Assembly (NCBI GenBank): GCA_964016885.1
Contig: OZ024741.1
Span: forward strand, 391,468,001-391,532,000
DNA length: 64,000 nt
Direction of reading: 5' to 3'
Origin: Eledone cirrhosa
Taxonomy: Eukaryota
A program made the position numbers and the translations under genes. Positions 30,001-42,589 of the stretch are shown piece after piece; position 1 is the first letter of the stretch, and every line of letters begins with the position of its first letter. The notes under the pieces are model-generated. The model was given only the letters and a program-made list of their open reading frames with translations, was not told where the DNA came from and did no database searches.

Positions 30001-33000
30001 TGTATATAGAGAGAGAGGGGGACAGAGAGAGGTCATTGTTACTATAGTAAAATTGGTAATGTCTGGGTTGTATATATAGAGAAAGAGGGGGACAGAGAAA
30101 GGTCATTGTTACTATAGTAAAGTTGGTAATGTCTGGGTTGTATATAGAGAGAGAGAGGGGGACAGAGAGAGGTCATTGTTACTATAGTAAAGTTGGTAAT
30201 GTCTGGGTTGTATATAGAGAGAGAGGGGGACAGAGAGAGGTCATTGTTACTATAGTAAAGTTGGTAATGTCTGGGTTGTATATATATAGAGAGAGGGGGA
30301 CAGAGAGAGGTCATTGTTACTATAGTAAAGTTGGTGGTGTCTGCGTTGTATATATAGAGAGAGAGGGGGACAGAGAGAGGTCATTGTTACTATAGTAAAG
30401 TTGGTAATGTCTGGGTTGTATATATAGAGAGAGAGGGGACAGAGAGAGGTCATTGTTACTATAGTAAACTTGGTAATGTCTGGGTTGTATATATAGAGAG
30501 AGGGGGACAGCGAGAGGTCATTGTTACTATAGTAAAGTTGGTAATGTCTGGGTTGTATATATATAGAGAGAGAGGGACAGGGAGAGGTCATTGTTACTAT
30601 AGTAAAGTTGGTAATGTCTGGGTTGTATATAGAGAGAGAGGGGGACAGAGAGAGGTCATTGTTACTATAGTAAAGTTGGTGGTGTCTGGGTTCTATATAT
30701 AGAGAGAGGGGGACAGAGAGAGGTCATCGTTACTATAGTAAAGTTGGTAATGTCTGGGTTGTATATAGAGAGAGAGGGGGACAGAGAGAGGTCATTGTTA
30801 CTATAGTAAAGTTGGTAATGTCTGGGTTGTATATAGAGAGAGAGGGGGACAGAGAGAGGTCATTGTTACTATAGTAAAGTTGCTAATGTCTGGGTTGTAT
30901 ATAGAGAGAGAGGGGGACAGAGAGAGGTCATTGTTACTATAGTAAAGTTGGTAATGTCTGGGTTATATATATAGAGAGAGAGGGACAGAGAGAGGTCATT
31001 GTTACTATAGTAAAGTTGGTAATGTCTGGGTTGTATATATAGAGAGAGAGGGGGACAGAGAGAGGTCATTGTTACTATAGTAAAGTTGGTGGTGTCTGTG
31101 TTGTATATATAGAGAGAGAGGGACAGAGAGAGGTCATTGTTACTATAGTAAAGTTGGTAATGTCTGGGTTGTATATATAGAGAGAGGAGGACAGAGAGAG
31201 GTCATTGTTACTATAGTAAAGTTGGTAATGTCTGGATTGTATATATAGAGAGAGAGGGGGACAGAGAGAGGTCATTGTTACTATATTAAAGTTGCTGGTG
31301 TCTGGGTTGTATATATATATAGAGAGAGGGGGACAGAGAGAGGTCATTGTTACTATAGTAAAGTTGGTAATGTCTGGGTTGTATATATAGAGAGAGAGGG
31401 GGACAGAGAGAGGTCATTGTTACTATAGTAAAGTTGGTGGTGTCTGGGTTGTATATAGAGAGAGAGAGGGGGACAGAGAGACGTCATTGTTACTATAGTA
31501 AAGTTGGTGGTGTCTGGGTTGTATATATAGAGAGAGAGGGAGACAGAGAGAGGTCATTGTTACTATAGTAAAGTTGGTAATGTCTGGGTTGTATATATAT
31601 ATAGAGAGAGGGACAGAGAGAGGTCATTGTTACTATAGTAAAGTTGGTAATGTCTGGGTTGTATATATAGAGAGAGAGAGGGACAGAGAGAGGTCATTGT
31701 TACTATATTAAAGTTGCTGGTGTCTGGGTTGTATATATAGAGAGAGGGGGACAGAGAGAGGTCATTGTTACTATAGTAAAGTTGGTAATGTCTGGGTTGT
31801 ATATAGAGAGAGAGGGGGACAGAGAGAGGTCATTGTTACTATAGTAAAGTTGGTGGTGTCTGGGTTGTATATATAGAGAGAGAGAGGGGCAGAGAGAGGT
31901 CATTGTTACTATATTAAAGTTGCTGGTGTCTGGGTTGTATATAGAGAGAGAGGGGGACAGAGAGAGGTCATTGTTACTATAGTAAAGTTGGTAATGTCTG
32001 GGTTGTATATATATAGAGAGAGAGGAACAGAGAGAGGTCATTGTTACTATAGTAAAATTGGTGGTGTCTGGGTTGTATATAGAGAGAGAGAGGGGGACAG
32101 AGAGAGGTCATTGTTACTATAGTAAAGTTGGTGGTGTCTGGGTTGTATATAGAGAGAGGGAGGGGGACAGAGAGCGGTCATTGTTACTATAGTAAAGTTG
32201 GTAATGTCTGGGTTGTATATAGAGAGAGAGGGGGACAGAGGGAGGTCATTGTTACTATAGTAAAGTTGGTAATGTGTGGGTTGTATATAGAGAGAGAGGG
32301 GGACAGAGGGAAGTCATTGTTACTATAGTAAAGTTGGTGGTGTCTGGGTTGTATACATATATAGAGAGAGGGGGACAGAGAGAGGTCATTGTTACTCTAG
32401 TAAAGGTGGTAATGTCTGGGTTGTATATATAGAGAGAGGGGGACAGAGAGAGGTCATTGTTACTATAGTAAAGTTGGTAATGTCTGGGTTGTATATATAT
32501 AGAGAGAGAGCGACAGAGAGAGGTCATTGTTACTATAGTAAAGTTGGTAATGTCTGGGTTGTATATATATAGAGAGAGAGGGACAGAGAGAGGTCATTGT
32601 TACTATAGTAAAGTTGCTGGTGTCTGGGTTGTATATATAGAGAGAGGGGGACAGAGAGAGGTCATTGTTACTATAGTAAAGTTGGTAATGTCTGGGTTGT
32701 ATATATAGAGAGAGGGACCGAGAGAGGTCATTGTTACTATAGTAAAGTTGGTAATGTCTGGGTTGTATATAGAGAGAGAGAGGGACAGAGAGAGGTCATT
32801 GTTACTATAATAAAGTTGGTAATGTCTGGGTTGTATATATATAGAGAGAGAGGGACAGAGAGAGGTCATTGTTACTATAGTAAAGTTGGTGGTGTCTGGG
32901 TTGTATATATAGAGAGAGAGGGGGACAGAGAGAGGTCATTGTTACTATAGTAAAGTTGGTAATGTCTGGGTTGTATATATAGAGAGAGAGGGACAGAGAG

Positions 33001-36000
33001 AGGTCATTGTTACTATAGTAAAGTTGGTAATGTCTGAGTTGTATATATAGAGAGAGAGAGGGACAGAGAGAGGTCATTGTTACTATAGTAAAGTTGGTAA
33101 TGTCTGGGTTGTATATATAGAGAGAGGGACAGAGAGAGGTCATTGTTACTATAGTAAAGTTGGTAATGTCTGGGTTGTATATATAGAGAGAGGGGGACTG
33201 AGAGAGGTCATTGTTACTATAGTAAAGTTGGTAATGTCTGGGTTGTATATATAGAGAGAGAGGGACAGAGAGAGGTCATTGTTACTATAGTAAAGTTGGT
33301 AATGTCTGGGTTGTATATATAGAGAGAGAGAGGGACAGAGAGAGGTCATTGTTACCATAGTAAAGTTGGTAATGTCTGGGTTGTATATATAAAGAGAGAG
33401 AGGGACAGAGAGAGGTCATTGTTACTATAGTAAAGTTGGTAATGTCTGGGTTGTATATATAGAGAGAGGGACAGAGAGAGGTCATTGTTACTATAGTAAA
33501 GTTGGTAATGTCTGGGTTGTATATATAGAGAGAGGGGGACAGAGAGAGGTCATTATTACTATAGTAAAGTTGGTAATGTCTGGGTTGTATATATAGAGAG
33601 AGAGAGGGACAGAGAGAGGTCATTGTTACTATAGTAAAATTGGTGGTGTCTGGGTTGTATATATAGAGAGAGAGGGGGACAGAGAGAGGTCATTGTTACT
33701 ATAGTAAAGTTGGTGGTGTCTGGGTTGTATATAGAGAGAGGGAGGGGGACAGAGAGCGGTCATTGGTACTATAGTAAAGTTGGTAATGTCTGGGTTGTAT
33801 ATAGAGAGAGAGGGGGACAGAGGGAGGTCATTGTTACTATAGTAAAGTTGGTAATGTCTGGGTTGTATATATATAGAGAGAGGGGGACAGAGGGAAGTCA
33901 TTGTTACTATAGTAAAGTTGGTGGTGTCTGGGTTGTATACATATATAGAGAGAGGGGGACAGAGAGAGGTCATTGTTACTCTAGTAAAGTTGGTAATGTC
34001 TGGGTTGTATATAGAGAGAGAGTGGGACAGAGAGAGGTCATTGTTACTATAGTAAAGTTGGTAATGTCTGGGTTGTATATATAGAGAGAGAGGGACAGAG
34101 AGAGGTCATTGTTACTATAGTAAAGTTGGTAATGTCTGGGTTGTATATATATAGAGAGAGAGGGACAGAGAGAGGTCATTGTTACTATAGTAAAGTTGGT
34201 AATGTCTGGGTTGTATATATATAGAGAGAGAGGTACAGAGAGAGGTCATTGTTACCATAGTAAAGTTGCTGGTGTCTGGGTTGTATATATAGAGAGAGGG
34301 GGACAGAGAGAGGTCATTGTTACTATAGTAAAGTTGGTAATGTCTGGGTTGTATATATAGAGAGAGGGACCGAGAGAGGTCATTGTTACTATAGTAAAGT
34401 TGATAATGTCTGGGTTGTATATAGAGAGAGAGAGGGACAGAGAGAGGTCATTGTTACTATAGTAAAGTTGGTAATGTCTGGGTTGTATATATATAGAGAG
34501 AGAGGGACAGAGAGAGGTCATTGTTACTATAGTAAAGTTGGTGGTGTCTGGGTTGTATATATAGAGAGAGAGGGGGACAGAGAGAGGTCATTGTTACTAT
34601 AGTAAAGTTGGTAATGTCTGGGTTGTATATATAGAGAGAGAGGGACAGAGAGAGGTCATTGTTACTATAGTAAAGTTGGTAATGTCTGGGTTGTATATAT
34701 AGAGAGAGGGACAGAGAGAGGTCATTGTTACTATAGTAAAGTTGGTAATGTCTGGGTTGTATATATAGAGAGAGGGGGACTGAGAGAGGTCATTGTTACT
34801 ATAGTAAAGTTGGTAATGTCTGGGTTGTATATATAGAGAGAGAGGGACAGAGAGAGGTCATTGTTACTATAGTAAAGTTGGTAATGTCTGGGTTGTATAT
34901 ATATAGAGAGAGAGGCACAGAGAGAGGTCATTGTTACCATAGTAAAGTTGGTAATGTCTGGGTTGTATATATAAAGAGAGAGAGGGACAGAGAGAGGTCA
35001 TTGTTACTATAGTAAAGTTGGTAATGTCTGGGTTGTATATATAGAGAGAGGGACAGAGAGAGGTCATTGTTACTATAGTAAAGTTGGTAATGTCTGGGTT
35101 GTATATAGAGAGAGAGGGGGACAGAGAGAGGTCATTATTACTATAGTAAAGTTGGTAATGTCTGGGTTGTATATATATAGAGAGAGAGGGACAGAGAGAG
35201 GTCATTGTTACTATAGTAAAATTGGTGGTGTCTGGGTTGTATATATAGAGAGAGAGGGGGACAGAGAGAGGTCATTGTTACTATAGTAAAGTTGGTGGTG
35301 TCTGGGTTGTATATAGAGAGAGGGAGGGGGACAGAGAGCGGTCATTGTTACTATAGTAAAGTTGGTAATGTCTGGGTTGTATATAGAGAGAGAGGGGGAC
35401 AGAGGGAGGTCATTGTTACTATAGTAAAGTTGGTAATGTCTGGGTTGTATATAGAGAGAGAGGGGGACAGAGGGAAGTCATTGTTACTATAGTAAAGTTG
35501 GTGGTGTCTGGGTTGTATACATATATAGAGAGAGGGGGACAGAGAGAGGTCATTGTTACTCTAGTAAAGTTGGTAATGTCTGGGTTGTATATAGAGAGAG
35601 AGAGGGACAGAGAGAGGTCATTGTTACTATAGTAAAGTTGGTAATGTCTGGGTTGTATATATAGAGAGAGAGGGACAGAGAGAGGTCATTGTTACTATAG
35701 TAAAGTTGGTAATGTCTGGGTTGTATATATATAGAGAGAGAGGGACAGAGAGAGGTCATTGTTACTATAGTAAAGTTGGTAATGTCTGGGTTGTATATAT
35801 AGAGAGAGGGGGGACAGAGAGAGGTCATTGTTACTATAGTAAAGTTGGTAATATCTGGGTTGTATATAGAGAGAGAGGGGGACAGAGAGAGGTCATTGTT
35901 ACTATAGTAAAGTTGGTAATGTCTGGGTTGTATATATAGAGAGAGAGAGGGACAGAGAGAGGTCATTGTTACTATAGTAAAGTTGGTAATGTCTGGGTCG

Positions 36001-37593
36001 TATATATATAGAGAGAGAGGGACAGAGAGAGGTCATTGTTACTACAGTAAAGTTGGTAATGTCTGGGTTGTATATATAGAGAGAGGGGGGACAGAGAGAG
36101 GTCATTGTTACTATAGTAAAGTTGGTAACGTCTGGGTTGTATATATATAGAGAGAGAGGGACAGAGAGAGGTCATTGTTACTATAGTAAAGTTGGTAATG
36201 TCTGGGTTGTATATATAGAGAGAGGGGGACAGAGAGAGGTCATTGCTACTATAGTAAAGTTGGTAATGTCTGGGTTGTATATATATAGAGAGAGAGGGAC
36301 AGAGAGAGGTCATTGTTACTATAGTAAAGTTGGTAATGTCTGGGTTGTATATAGAGAGAGAGGGGGACAGAGAGAGGTCATTGTTACTATAGTAAAGTTG
36401 GTAATGTCTGGGTTGTATATATAGAGAGAGGGGGACAGAGAGAGGTCATTGTTACTATAGTAAAGTTGGTAACGTCTGGGTTGTATATATAGAGAGAGGG
36501 GGACAGAGAGAGGTCATTGTTACTATAGTAAAGTTGGTAATGTCTGGGTTGTATATATAAAGAGAGAGAGGGACAGAGAGAGGTCATTGTTACTATAGTA
36601 AAGTTGGTGGTGTCTGGGTTGTATATATAGAGAGAGAGGGACAGAGAGAGGTCATTGTTACTATAGTAAAGTTGGTAATGTCTGGGTTGTATATAGAGAG
36701 AGAGGGACAGTGAGAGGTCAGTGTTACTATAGTAAAGTTGGTAATGTCTGGGTTTTATATAGAGAGAGAGGGGGACAGAGAGAGGTCATTGTTACTATAG
36801 TAAAGTTGGTAATGTCTGGGTTGTATATAGAGAGAGAGGGGGACAGAGAGAGGTCATTGTTACTATAGTAAAGTTGGTAATGTCTGGGTTGTATATAGAG
36901 AGAGAGGGGGACAGAGAGAGGTCATTGTTACTATAGTAAAGTTGGTAATGTCTGGGTTGTATATAGAGAGAGAGGGGGACAGAGAGAGGTCATTGTTACT
37001 ATAGTAAAGTTGGTAATGTCTGGGTTGTATATATAGAGAGAGGGGGACAGAGAGAGGTCATTGTTACTATAGTAAGTTGGTAATGTCTGGGTTGTATATA
37101 TATAGAGAGCGAGGGACAGAGAGAGGTCATTGTTACTATAGTAAAGTTGGTAATGTCTGGGTTGTATATAGAGAGAGGGACAGAGAGAGGTCATTGTTAC
37201 TATAGTAAAGTTGGTAATGTCTGGGTTGTATATATAGAGAGAGAGGGACAGAGAGAGGTCATTGTTACTATAGTAAAGTTGGTAATGTTTGGGTTGTATA
37301 TAGAGAGAGGTACAGAGAGAGGTCATTGTTACTATAGTAAAGTTGGTGGTGTCTGGGTTGTATATATAGAGAGAGAGGGGGACAGAGTGAGGTCATTGTT
37401 ACTATAGTAAAGTTGGTGGTGTCTGGGTTGTATATATATAGAGAGAGGGGGACAGAGAGAGGTCATTGTTACTATAGTAAAGTTGGTAATGTCTGGGTTG
37501 TATATAGAGAGAGGGAGGGACAGACAGAGGTCATTGTTACTATAGTAAAGTTGGTAACGTCTGGGTTGTATATAGAGAGAGGGGGACAGAGAG
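1..37593. repeat. Tandem satellite DNA array, ~68-bp monomer (mostly 64-72 bp), about 550 copies, runs off the left edge
   Basis: Continuous head-to-tail repetition of GGTCATTGTTACTATAGTAAAGTTGGT(AA/GG)TGTCTGGGTTG(TA)n(GA)n(G)nACAGAGAGA. Length variation is almost confined to the dinucleotide tract. Copy number is array length divided by ~68. Confidence 0.98.
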
Positions 37594-37824
37594 GGCGAGA
37601 AAGTTAGAGACCGAGAGAGGAATAAATGGTGCCACTGCAAAATGATTGATGTTTGTAATGAAGAGAGAGATATTGATAGAATGTGTTTGACAGAGAAAGA
37701 TAGAGATTTACTGATCGAGAGAGAGATAGACAGAGAGGGGAGACAGGGAGAGAGAGAGATAAATTGGCAGCGACAGAGAGAGAGAGAGATTTACACACAG
37801 AGAAATAGAGAGGAAGTGAGAGTG

Positions 37825-38028
37825 GGTCATTGGTACTACAGTGAAACTGGTGATACTTACATTAAAGAAAGAATGAGAGAAAGAGATTGGCACAGAGAGT
37901 GAGATTGACAGCGTGAGAGAGAGTGTGTGTGTGTGTGTGAACGAGTGAGCGAAAGGGAGAAGTCATTGTTTCAACAGTAATGTTGGTGATATTTGGAACA
38001 TAGATATAGAGAGCGAGAGGGGGGGGGG
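37825..38028 (+). repeat. Two degenerate relic monomers of the satellite in the GA-rich flank
   Basis: GGTCATTGGTACTACAGTGAAACTGGTGATACT (37825) and AGTCATTGTTTCAACAGTAATGTTGGTGATATTTGG...TATAGAGAGCGAGAGGGG (37961) align to the monomer core. Confidence 0.75.
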
Positions 38029-38339
38029 GTATGGAAGGAGATAGTGGGTTAAGTAGAGGGAGGAATAGGGAGAGCGAGAGAGCGAAATTACAATTGTCTT
38101 TATGACATGAAGGAAAGCAGATTCTAATGTACGCGTGCTTCTGTAAAGTCGAGTCAAATGTTTGCACTACGTGTGTATTAAGGCAACCGGTAGAAAATGC
38201 CAATTATTGGCATTTTACACATTTTCGTTTTCTATACAAGGATAATATGAATAAAAAAAGTAGAGGAGACCAGATGAATTTCTTTTCATATTTTCTTATT
38301 TTCTTCGAAATAAGTTTCGAATAACGAAAAAATGTCAAG

Positions 38340-38381
38340 TTATATACATGTATATATGTGTGTGTGTGTGTGAGAGAGAGA

Positions 38382-38455
<74 letters not shown>
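38340..38455. repeat. Compound (TA)/(TG)/(GA)n microsatellite
   Basis: Directly visible; pure (GA)n from about 38384 to 38455. Confidence 0.97.
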
Positions 38456-38456
<1 letters not shown>

Positions 38457-38458
<2 letters not shown>

Positions 38459-39127
38459 CTTAAGCCAAAATCCCTATTTGGGGTGGGGGATATAAGCTAA
38501 ACCGACTAAAATTAACTGGTTGAGTTCCCCAACCATGGTTTCTGGAATTCAAGAGACAACATTAGTTATTTCAAGACATTGGAATAACTAATTTTGGAAG
38601 AATTACAATTCCGTCATCTGAAGGAACATTCTTTGGAATAAGAGAAGTGGAATACATATCCTACATACTATGTCGTTGCCGAACTACATGGTGTCCAATG
38701 TGTTGTGTCGTGAATTACTATTTGAAGATATCCCACTCAATGTATTAAGATAATACGACGGGATTATAGTGACGCTGGAAATAGGCATTTTGGCTTAAGT
38801 TTAATATGTTTAATTACTTCTGGGGGTAGATAATTTATTAATGAATGTTAGCATTTCATTGAGATGTCCAAGTATTAGACACAGATAACTTTATAAATTG
38901 ATATATATATATATATGTGTGTACACATATCACACACAGACACACACACATTATATATATATATAATGTGTGTGTGTGTCTGTGTGTGATATGTGTACAC
39001 ACACACTCACACACACATATATATATCAATTACATATCAACGACATAGTATGTAGGATATGTATTCCACTTCTCTTATTCCAAAGAATGTTCCTTCTGAT
39101 GACGGAATTGTAATTCTTCCAAAATTA
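38457..39127. mobile_element. Nested inverted-repeat complex, probably PLE pseudo-LTR fragments, with a hammerhead-like motif
   Basis: 90-bp inverted repeat 38589-38678/39038-39127 with one mismatch; ~24-bp inverted repeat 38457-38480/38779-38802; perfect palindrome 38916-39001. The minus strand reads CAGATGA...GAA-ATAAC-TAAT-GTTGT-C (38555-38620). Confidence 0.6.
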
Positions 39128-39204
<77 letters not shown>

Positions 39205-39329
39205 GTATATTGTTATACTTGGGGAGGGTCATATTGGTTGTAATAATATTGCCAGAATTATATATATGTATATATATATATATATATATAAATATGGTTT
39301 TATAAATATAGTTTCCATTTATTAATATC

Positions 39330-39372
<43 letters not shown>

Positions 39373-39394
39373 GTATGCAGATAATTTATACGTT

Positions 39395-39484
39395 GCATAT
39401 GAGAATTGTTTCTATATCGATCAGCTCATGGCTCTATTATAATAGTCAGAGCCCAATTCTGCACCAACATCTCATCAGATATGC
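39395..39484 (-). ncRNA. Type I hammerhead ribozyme-like motif with extended stem II
   Basis: Minus strand GCATAT-CTGATGA-[59 nt including a GGCTCT/AGAGCC hairpin]-GAA-ACAATTCT-C-ATATGC. Stem I is 6 bp; stem III is one base from the palindrome ACAATTGT. Confidence 0.7.
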
Positions 39485-39519
39485 GTTCGTAGACACAGAA
39501 CACATCCATACACACACGC

Positions 39520-40790
39520 ACTCAAAATCGAGATAACGCAGCCAGTAGATTCCCCTTGTTAGACGTCATGGACTTTTATCTTTCCATATCGAAACCCATT
39601 CAACTCAAAGCTCTAGGTTTCAGGAAACAATTCACAGGGATCAGCGACCTCCACATCAGAATAATTCTGAACGCCAGCAAGTTACTACTGTTGTATGTCA
39701 ACTCAGACTGGGTAGAGAAGGAAGAGGATCCACTGTCCAATGTATTCAAGTGATCCTACAATGAGGTTGATTTCGCTGACTTCATCGGTTTATTGATCTT
39801 TAATACCCTCTGGAAAAGAACGTACCCTCATAACTTAGCCCTATACAGAGATGATGACCTAGCAATCTCAAGCTACATGAATGGCTACACCATGGATAAG
39901 TTGAGAATAATTTATTATAAGGATATCCAAAACGTTCTGCCTAAACATCACAGGCCCCACTAACTTGACCAACGTCAATTTTCGGGACATCACTCTGTAC
40001 CTCAAAAGTGGGAATCACTACCCCTATATGAAACCTAATTAGGAAATATTTCTTAAACATAGGAACCCCATCCATCCAGCCTCCATCTATAGGAAATTTG
40101 TTAACGGGGTTATTAAAAAATCTCTAGCTTATGATCCAATAAACAGATCTTTGACAAGGCTTAACCAGCCCAAATAAAATAAGGCATTAGCGCGAAGTGG
40201 CTTTACAGAAAAATAAACTTAGACAGGGAGAAAGAGAGTGGGGGATTAAGATGGTTCAGACCTCCATTCAATTTAAACGTATCAAGGAAACTAGCTAAGA
40301 ACTTCCTGTTCTTATTCAGTTAACATTTCCCATATAACCAATTAAGTATTAGAAACTCTTCAACCGAGGTTAAAGATAGTTACTCTTGTGTAGATAACAT
40401 CACTTCAAATATTGCACGTTATAACAGATACACATACACCAACTTGTAATTTCTGAAACCTGCCAACCGTCCTCTAGGTGGATCCTGCCTCTCTAAGACC
40501 AAATTCTACAGAGCCACCATCACACCGCCAGATGTTTTCCAGGGGATCTATCTATACAAAGCTAACAGCCAACGAGTTCAAGGATAGATTTATCCAGCAT
40601 GTTCACTCACTTAGGTGTCGGAACAGGGAGAACTCACCTGCCTTGTTCCGTTTCATATGGAAGCTCTGTAATCAAATAGAGCATTCTAAACAGGTCGTTA
40701 CTGCCAGCTCTGCCTCCGCGAGAGATTTGATTTACTACAACAACTTGCAATAGCCTTCAACAAGAAAACTGACCTAACGTTTTACTGCCA
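39520..40790 (+). pseudogene. Highly decayed Penelope-like element (RT and GIY-YIG remnants)
   Basis: Broken frames give LDVMDFYLSISK..KAL (PLE RT FDxxxFYPSI motif), LYRDDDLAI (YRDDG catalytic motif), PYMKPN, PPFNLNV and TANEFKDRFIQHVHSLR..ALFRFIWKL (GIY-YIG body). Confidence 0.85.
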
Positions 40791-41275
40791 CATGAATCAC
40801 CCTGTTAGCCAACTTAAAAGCCGGACATACCCCCAAAGACCATTTCCAGCCGGCTCATGTGTATGTGTGGGCTCGACTGCTCAGACCAGCACGCATGCCA
40901 TGAAAATCCCAGCATCATCCCTACCAAAGGTCACCACACACATCAAATGTATATCGAGCCCACCAACGACACCATATAGACTTACCAACATCAGCACATG
41001 ATCTGAACCAATCAATAGAGGCCCATGGCAGCATGACACCAATCTCCATTCTCCACCTAGATTTACTTTTCTCAAAATGATCCTGATGACTTAGCCATGT
41101 TTTTGTTTTGAAAGCTCTGGTACTCTGGGGTTAAATCAAGCTGTTAATACAAATACGCAACTTCCCCATGATGTGTTTATTGTTCAACAAATAGATGGGT
41201 CAACAGAGAAATGAATCAACAAGAAGAAAGGCTGATCGATGAAGTAGGAGAAACATATCAGTATACGATATATAA

Positions 41276-41344
<69 letters not shown>

Positions 41345-41351
41345 CATATAT

Positions 41352-41796
41352 ATATTAATTCAAAATATTAACAAAATAGATATTCTTGTGATCAAGTATA
41401 TTTTATTATACATATTTCAGAGGCGCTGAGTTAACTTCAACAGTACGTCCTCATCAGATAAAATAAGATGATGCATGACATACCCTGACATGGTAGATGG
41501 TTAAGATTCAGTCATGGTAGTCTTAACCATTAAGATTCAGTCCTGACTGAATCTTAACCATGTACCATGTCAGGGTATGTCATGCATCATCTTATTTTAT
41601 CTGATGAGGACGTACTGTTGAAGTTAACTCAGTACCTCTGAAATATGTATAATAAAATATACTTGATCACAAGAATATCTATTTTGTTAATATTTTGAAT
41701 TAATATTAATAACTCCGGAAAACCATTTCTGTTGAGTGCTTCCAATCTATTGTAAGACTCATTCTTTGATTTATTCATTGAACCTTGTTTAACCTT

Positions 41797-41800
<4 letters not shown>
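41352..41800. mobile_element. Foldback PLE end module: 163-bp inverted repeats, each carrying a hammerhead, plus a 3' extension on the right arm
   Basis: Arms 41352-41514 and 41544-41706 are near-identical reverse complements, flanked on both sides by (TA)n tracts. Confidence 0.8.
41593..41659 (+). ncRNA. Type I hammerhead ribozyme motif (mirror copy on minus strand, ~41399-41465)
   Basis: TATTTTAT-CTGATGA-GGACGTACTG..CAGTACCTCT-GAA-ATATGTAT-A-ATAAAATA: 8-bp stem I, canonical core, short self-complementary stem III. Confidence 0.8.
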
Positions 41801-41894
<94 letters not shown>

Positions 41895-41944
41895 TGTATG
41901 TACAGTATATTTGGCAATATACTGTATGTTTAATTAAAAACATT

Positions 41945-42250
41945 TAGACCATTCGCTATGAGTAGACCATTCGCTATGAGGTCTTTTCGAAGCTGACGTT
42001 TAAGTTTTTCATGGTCAACACATCTCTCTTCAAACATTTTACAGCCTTCTTTGACATGTCCTCTCCATTCAACCCTCTTCAAAGCAAGCACTTCCCAGTT
42101 CTGAGCTTTAAACTGTAGATCTTTAAGGTTGTTTTTATGCAATCTTTGTATATTTTTCTTGGTTTGTGCTAAGGGCGTTTCCCAGTGTGCAATTGACTGT
42201 AAAATAGTTATTTTGGGAGTCTTTCCACATTCATGCACACAACATGGCCT
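41945..42250 (-). pseudogene. 3' fragment of an RTE-clade non-LTR retrotransposon ORF
   Basis: Translation PKITIL...KNNLKDLQFKAQNWEVLALKRVEWRGHVKEG matches the post-RT C-terminal pattern of RTE elements (WExLAxxRxxWRxxVxxG). It ends at a short tandem duplication (TAGACCATTCGCTATGAG x2). Confidence 0.7.
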
Positions 42251-42317
42251 ACCCAACGTATTTGAGAGGATATGATGGTAGATTCAATGCTCGTGCAACC
42301 AGCATTACACACGCACG

Positions 42318-42434
<117 letters not shown>

Positions 42435-42589
42435 ATAATAATAAAATTGAAGACTAAAATCCAAAGAGGGCTCGATAAGGAAAATATATCAAATATATAA
42501 GAACCGTAGAGCAAATATTTATTAAAATAACAGATTAAAGTTTAAGCAAAGAATCGCTGCTTTCACCCTTAACGGTTCTTTAAAGGCTT

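Noticed and set aside
1-37593. CRISPR-like look (constant palindromic repeat plus variable part)
   Set aside because: The variable part is only (TA)n(GA)n length variation, not unique spacers. There are no cas genes and the context is eukaryotic.
1-37593. Telomeric repeat (GGGTTG within the monomer)
   Set aside because: One hexamer per 68 bp and no tandem TTAGGG-like run.
391-37640. Well over a hundred repetitive ORFs (MTSLCP.., MVMSGL..)
   Set aside because: They are translations of the satellite. Frames open and close with dinucleotide slippage on both strands, with no domain content.
41083-41260. CTGATGA at 41083 with GAAA at 41110 or 41250, downstream of the decayed PLE
   Set aside because: The position is plausible, but I could not close stems I-III convincingly with either GAAA.
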